Assembly: GCF_018350175.1 (NCBI RefSeq)
Contig: NC_058368.1
Span: 106,580,001 to 106,644,000 of the forward strand
Direction: 5' to 3'
Origin: Felis catus
Lineage: Eukaryota
DNA: 64,000 nucleotides
Shown piece by piece: positions 61,352 through 64,000 of this stretch. Numbering within the stretch: position 1 is the first letter of the stretch; every line of letters starts with the position of its first letter. The translations under genes were made by a program, and so were the position numbers. The notes beneath the pieces were generated by a model. It saw only the letters and a list, made by a program, of their open reading frames with translations. It was not told where the DNA came from and did not search any database.

Positions 61352-62159
61352 TGTTTTTATACTTTTTAAACACAGACCAAATAAAATTCAGTAAGCGACC
61401 TATCCATTTCACTTCTAATCACCCTATGAAAAATTAGAAATAACCAAAATCACTGAGTCAGGCAATTTAGATTATATTGCTAGTAACCAGGGCCTCGCTC
61501 CTGAGGTTAGCTGCCACTCTGTCACCCAGGGTCCTAGTCGACCCCTTAGGTTCAGAGAGACCATTTCAACTGCAACCCACAATAGAATTTGCAGCTTTGA
61601 AGAACAGTCACTAATATATTTTCAGGGAGATATTTGTTTCCCAAGGCCTTTGACAAAGGAGCAGCTTCTAGGCCATTGGAGAGGGAGGCTGCATACATTT
61701 CACTTAATCAGTCCCCTCCCACGTTCCAATCTCCTGCCCTCAGCGTTTCTTCTTCCCAAAAAACCAAGGAAGTTCTAGAATGGATAGAGGTTAGAGATTC
61801 TTTTAGTCCACTCATAGCCCCCAGAATTTCAGCAAGTGCCTTGCCCTGAGAATTCTGGAATTTTGTCCTTTTGCTGACCTTGTATAGGACCATTAGAAGC
61901 AGGTATCTCCCAACCCTCCCCACTTTTAAAACCATATAGTAAGTATATGGTTGCAGAAAATTCTGCTCTTAGTGTGTACTTCATTCCAACAGACCAGAGA
62001 CAATAATTTAAAGACAAACTTTGTCACTGTGTATCCTGGACTGACAGATTCCTACTGATGAACACCTATAGAATGTTCATTGCCTCCAACCCCAAGTCTG
62101 CACAAGTCCTTAGATTTTTCTAAGGTTATTTTGACTGCAACCTACTCCCTGACAACAAT

Positions 62160-62686
62160 TTAAGTTATGGTTCTTGCTTATAGCAACAGCATTGGATTCC
62201 AGTTAGCTTTAGCAGAAAAGAGTTTAACAAAATCATGTCATTGTGTAGCTTAATTGACGGGAAGGCTAGAAAACCAAGCTCTGAAAGCAGGCAGAATCCC
62301 CAGGGAGCTGGGAGCTTCATTATCGCCAAGGCCCAACCTCTGGAATAGCTGGGTAGGGTGCCTGTGCAGCTGGCTCAAGACACTGTGCAAACTACTGGCA
62401 CTACCACAACCATAGCTACTGGCCACTGCTGTTGAATTCCAAGTTGCTTTTCTTTCCTGTGTGCTACTTGATTCAGTTCTGCCAGCTGCGAACATTCACT
62501 TAGCGAGGTCAGGAGTCTGCTCCCTGGTGGATCAGGAGAATGAGAACATGGACTTTGGGGCTACTTCAACTGGGAACCGATGCCCCCCCATCCCAGCATG
62601 TTCTCAACTGGGGGATTCCCATGACAAATGAAGGGAGGTCAAATGATGGGTAGGCAAAACCTCAACAAAGCAAATGTCCCTAATAG
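62160..62686 (-). mobile_element. Old MaLR LTR (MLT1K/M/N-like)
   Basis: ggttcttgcttatagcaacag..gctttagcagaaaag at one end; tgggtaggcaaaac..aaatgtcc at the other. Confidence 0.55.
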
Positions 62687-63553
62687 CCCACTAATACGAA
62701 ATTCTACTGTTATTTCAATCACTGGTCAATAAACTTTTCAAATTTTATTTGAAGCATTTTTCAAATTTTTCTCATATAGACTTGTGTCTCAGAATATATC
62801 TGAAACCCTTTTTTAGTCTTCCTCCTTCTTCTTCCCCCCCTTTCTTTCTTTCTACCCCCTCCCACACACATTATGAATACTATAGTAATCACAGAACTTT
62901 AGACATGAAAGGCTTATCTTCATCTCATTTCGGCCTTTCTCCCACCTCTGGCAAGATCACATATAGATGACTTACCCTTGATTTCATTTGTTCACTTATT
63001 CAATAAACATTTATTGAGTGTTTAGCCAGCTGGGGCATTTCCTCTCAGATGCAACATTGCAAATGGTGTTGGAATTGAGCATACTGCTAACTGGAAGAGA
63101 AAATGCTAAGTTTTATCACACCCAATGTTTAAGACTTGGTGGCACTGGGATTTTAGTCTTCAGATGATCCTTACAGTGGTGACCATTGCTACCTGGTAGG
63201 ATGCTGCTCAAAGCAAAGAGGTGGGAAAATCCAAGCAGGAAGCTGTTGGGCCTGGATCTGTATTTACTCATCCTGCAGTTGGAGTCTCCATAGGGATTTG
63301 CGAATGATGAAACTTTCAGTGGCAAAGAAACTTCCCATGTGGTATGTGAGTGGCATATGAAGAAGCCTGAAGGATGGCCTTTGTTGTTGATGAAGCTGAA
63401 GAACGTTATTCTGACATGTTTTACTAGTTTGAGGATTGAGGATTCCATTTTTAGATTACAATCCTGGCCTTGGTTACTATGGAAAAAAAAAAACTTAAAA
63501 TACCTGTTTAGGTACAACCAATTACTGTGTTGAGTTTTATTAAAACTCAGACA

Positions 63554-63765
63554 GGGGCGCCTGGGTGGCGCAGTCGGTTGGGTGTCCGACTTCAGCCAGG
63601 TCACGATCTCACGGTCTGTGAGTTCGAGCCCCGCGTCGGGCTCTGGGCTGATGGCTCAGAGCCTGGAGCCTGTTTCCGATTCTGTGTCTCCCTCTCTCTC
63701 TGCCCCTCCCCCGTTCATGCTCTGTCTCTCTCTGTCCCAAAAATAAATAAACGTTGAAAAAAAAA
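63554..63765 (+). mobile_element. Young felid SINE (SINEC_Fc-like)
   Basis: CpG-rich, near-identical to the 60142 copy; perfect TSD aaaactcagaca. Confidence 0.97.
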
Positions 63766-64000
63766 AAAACTCAGACAAACCTGAGACACTTCATGCCCTT
63801 GTGAAATGCAAGTCCCATGTTCCAACTCCTTGAAAGGAATACCAACAAAATGTTTATGCGCTTTTAAAATGCTGTGACATTTATATAACACATAACAAAA
63901 ATTTGCAATAATCTTCTTCCTTTCTAAGTCTTTCCAAAGCTCATTCATCACAGCATAGAAATTGCCGCTATGACATTTTGTTTCACTTTATCCAAAAGTT

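Noticed and set aside
664..63951. Recurrent short ORFs with GAPGW/VAQSV/ERERE/QVMIS motifs
   Set aside because: All are translations of CanSINE copies
1..64000. CRISPR arrays, operons, terminators, CpG-island promoter
   Set aside because: Mammalian DNA; the repeats are interspersed retroelements rather than repeat-spacer arrays; no CpG island seen

Overview
Mammalian genomic DNA, almost certainly felid (domestic cat or a close relative). The evidence is ~31 CanSINE copies, including near-identical young cat-type (SINEC_Fc-like) copies, and a young L1 with CpGs intact. The window is AT-rich and repeat-dense intronic or intergenic sequence. I recognise no host protein-coding exon, no CpG island and no RNA gene; nearly all listed ORFs derive from SINE, L1, L2 or simple repeats. 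The ORF track misses three retroviral fossils. One is a ~3.8 kb class I ERV pro-pol (protease, RT, RNase H, integrase in order) on the minus strand at 1-3770, interrupted by a MER58A. The other two are ERV-L pol fragments in opposite orientations (52.7-53.7 kb +, 58.4-59.0 kb -). Other notable items: two target sites reused by successive retrotransposon insertions, a CTCF-like site with upstream motif (20.84 kb), a 20-bp hairpin (25.99 kb), a candidate minus-strand non-coding exon with a perfect TACTAAC branch point (28.2-28.6 kb), and several candidate enhancers. Repeat family names come from recalled consensus motifs, not database searches. I found no clear novel biological system.
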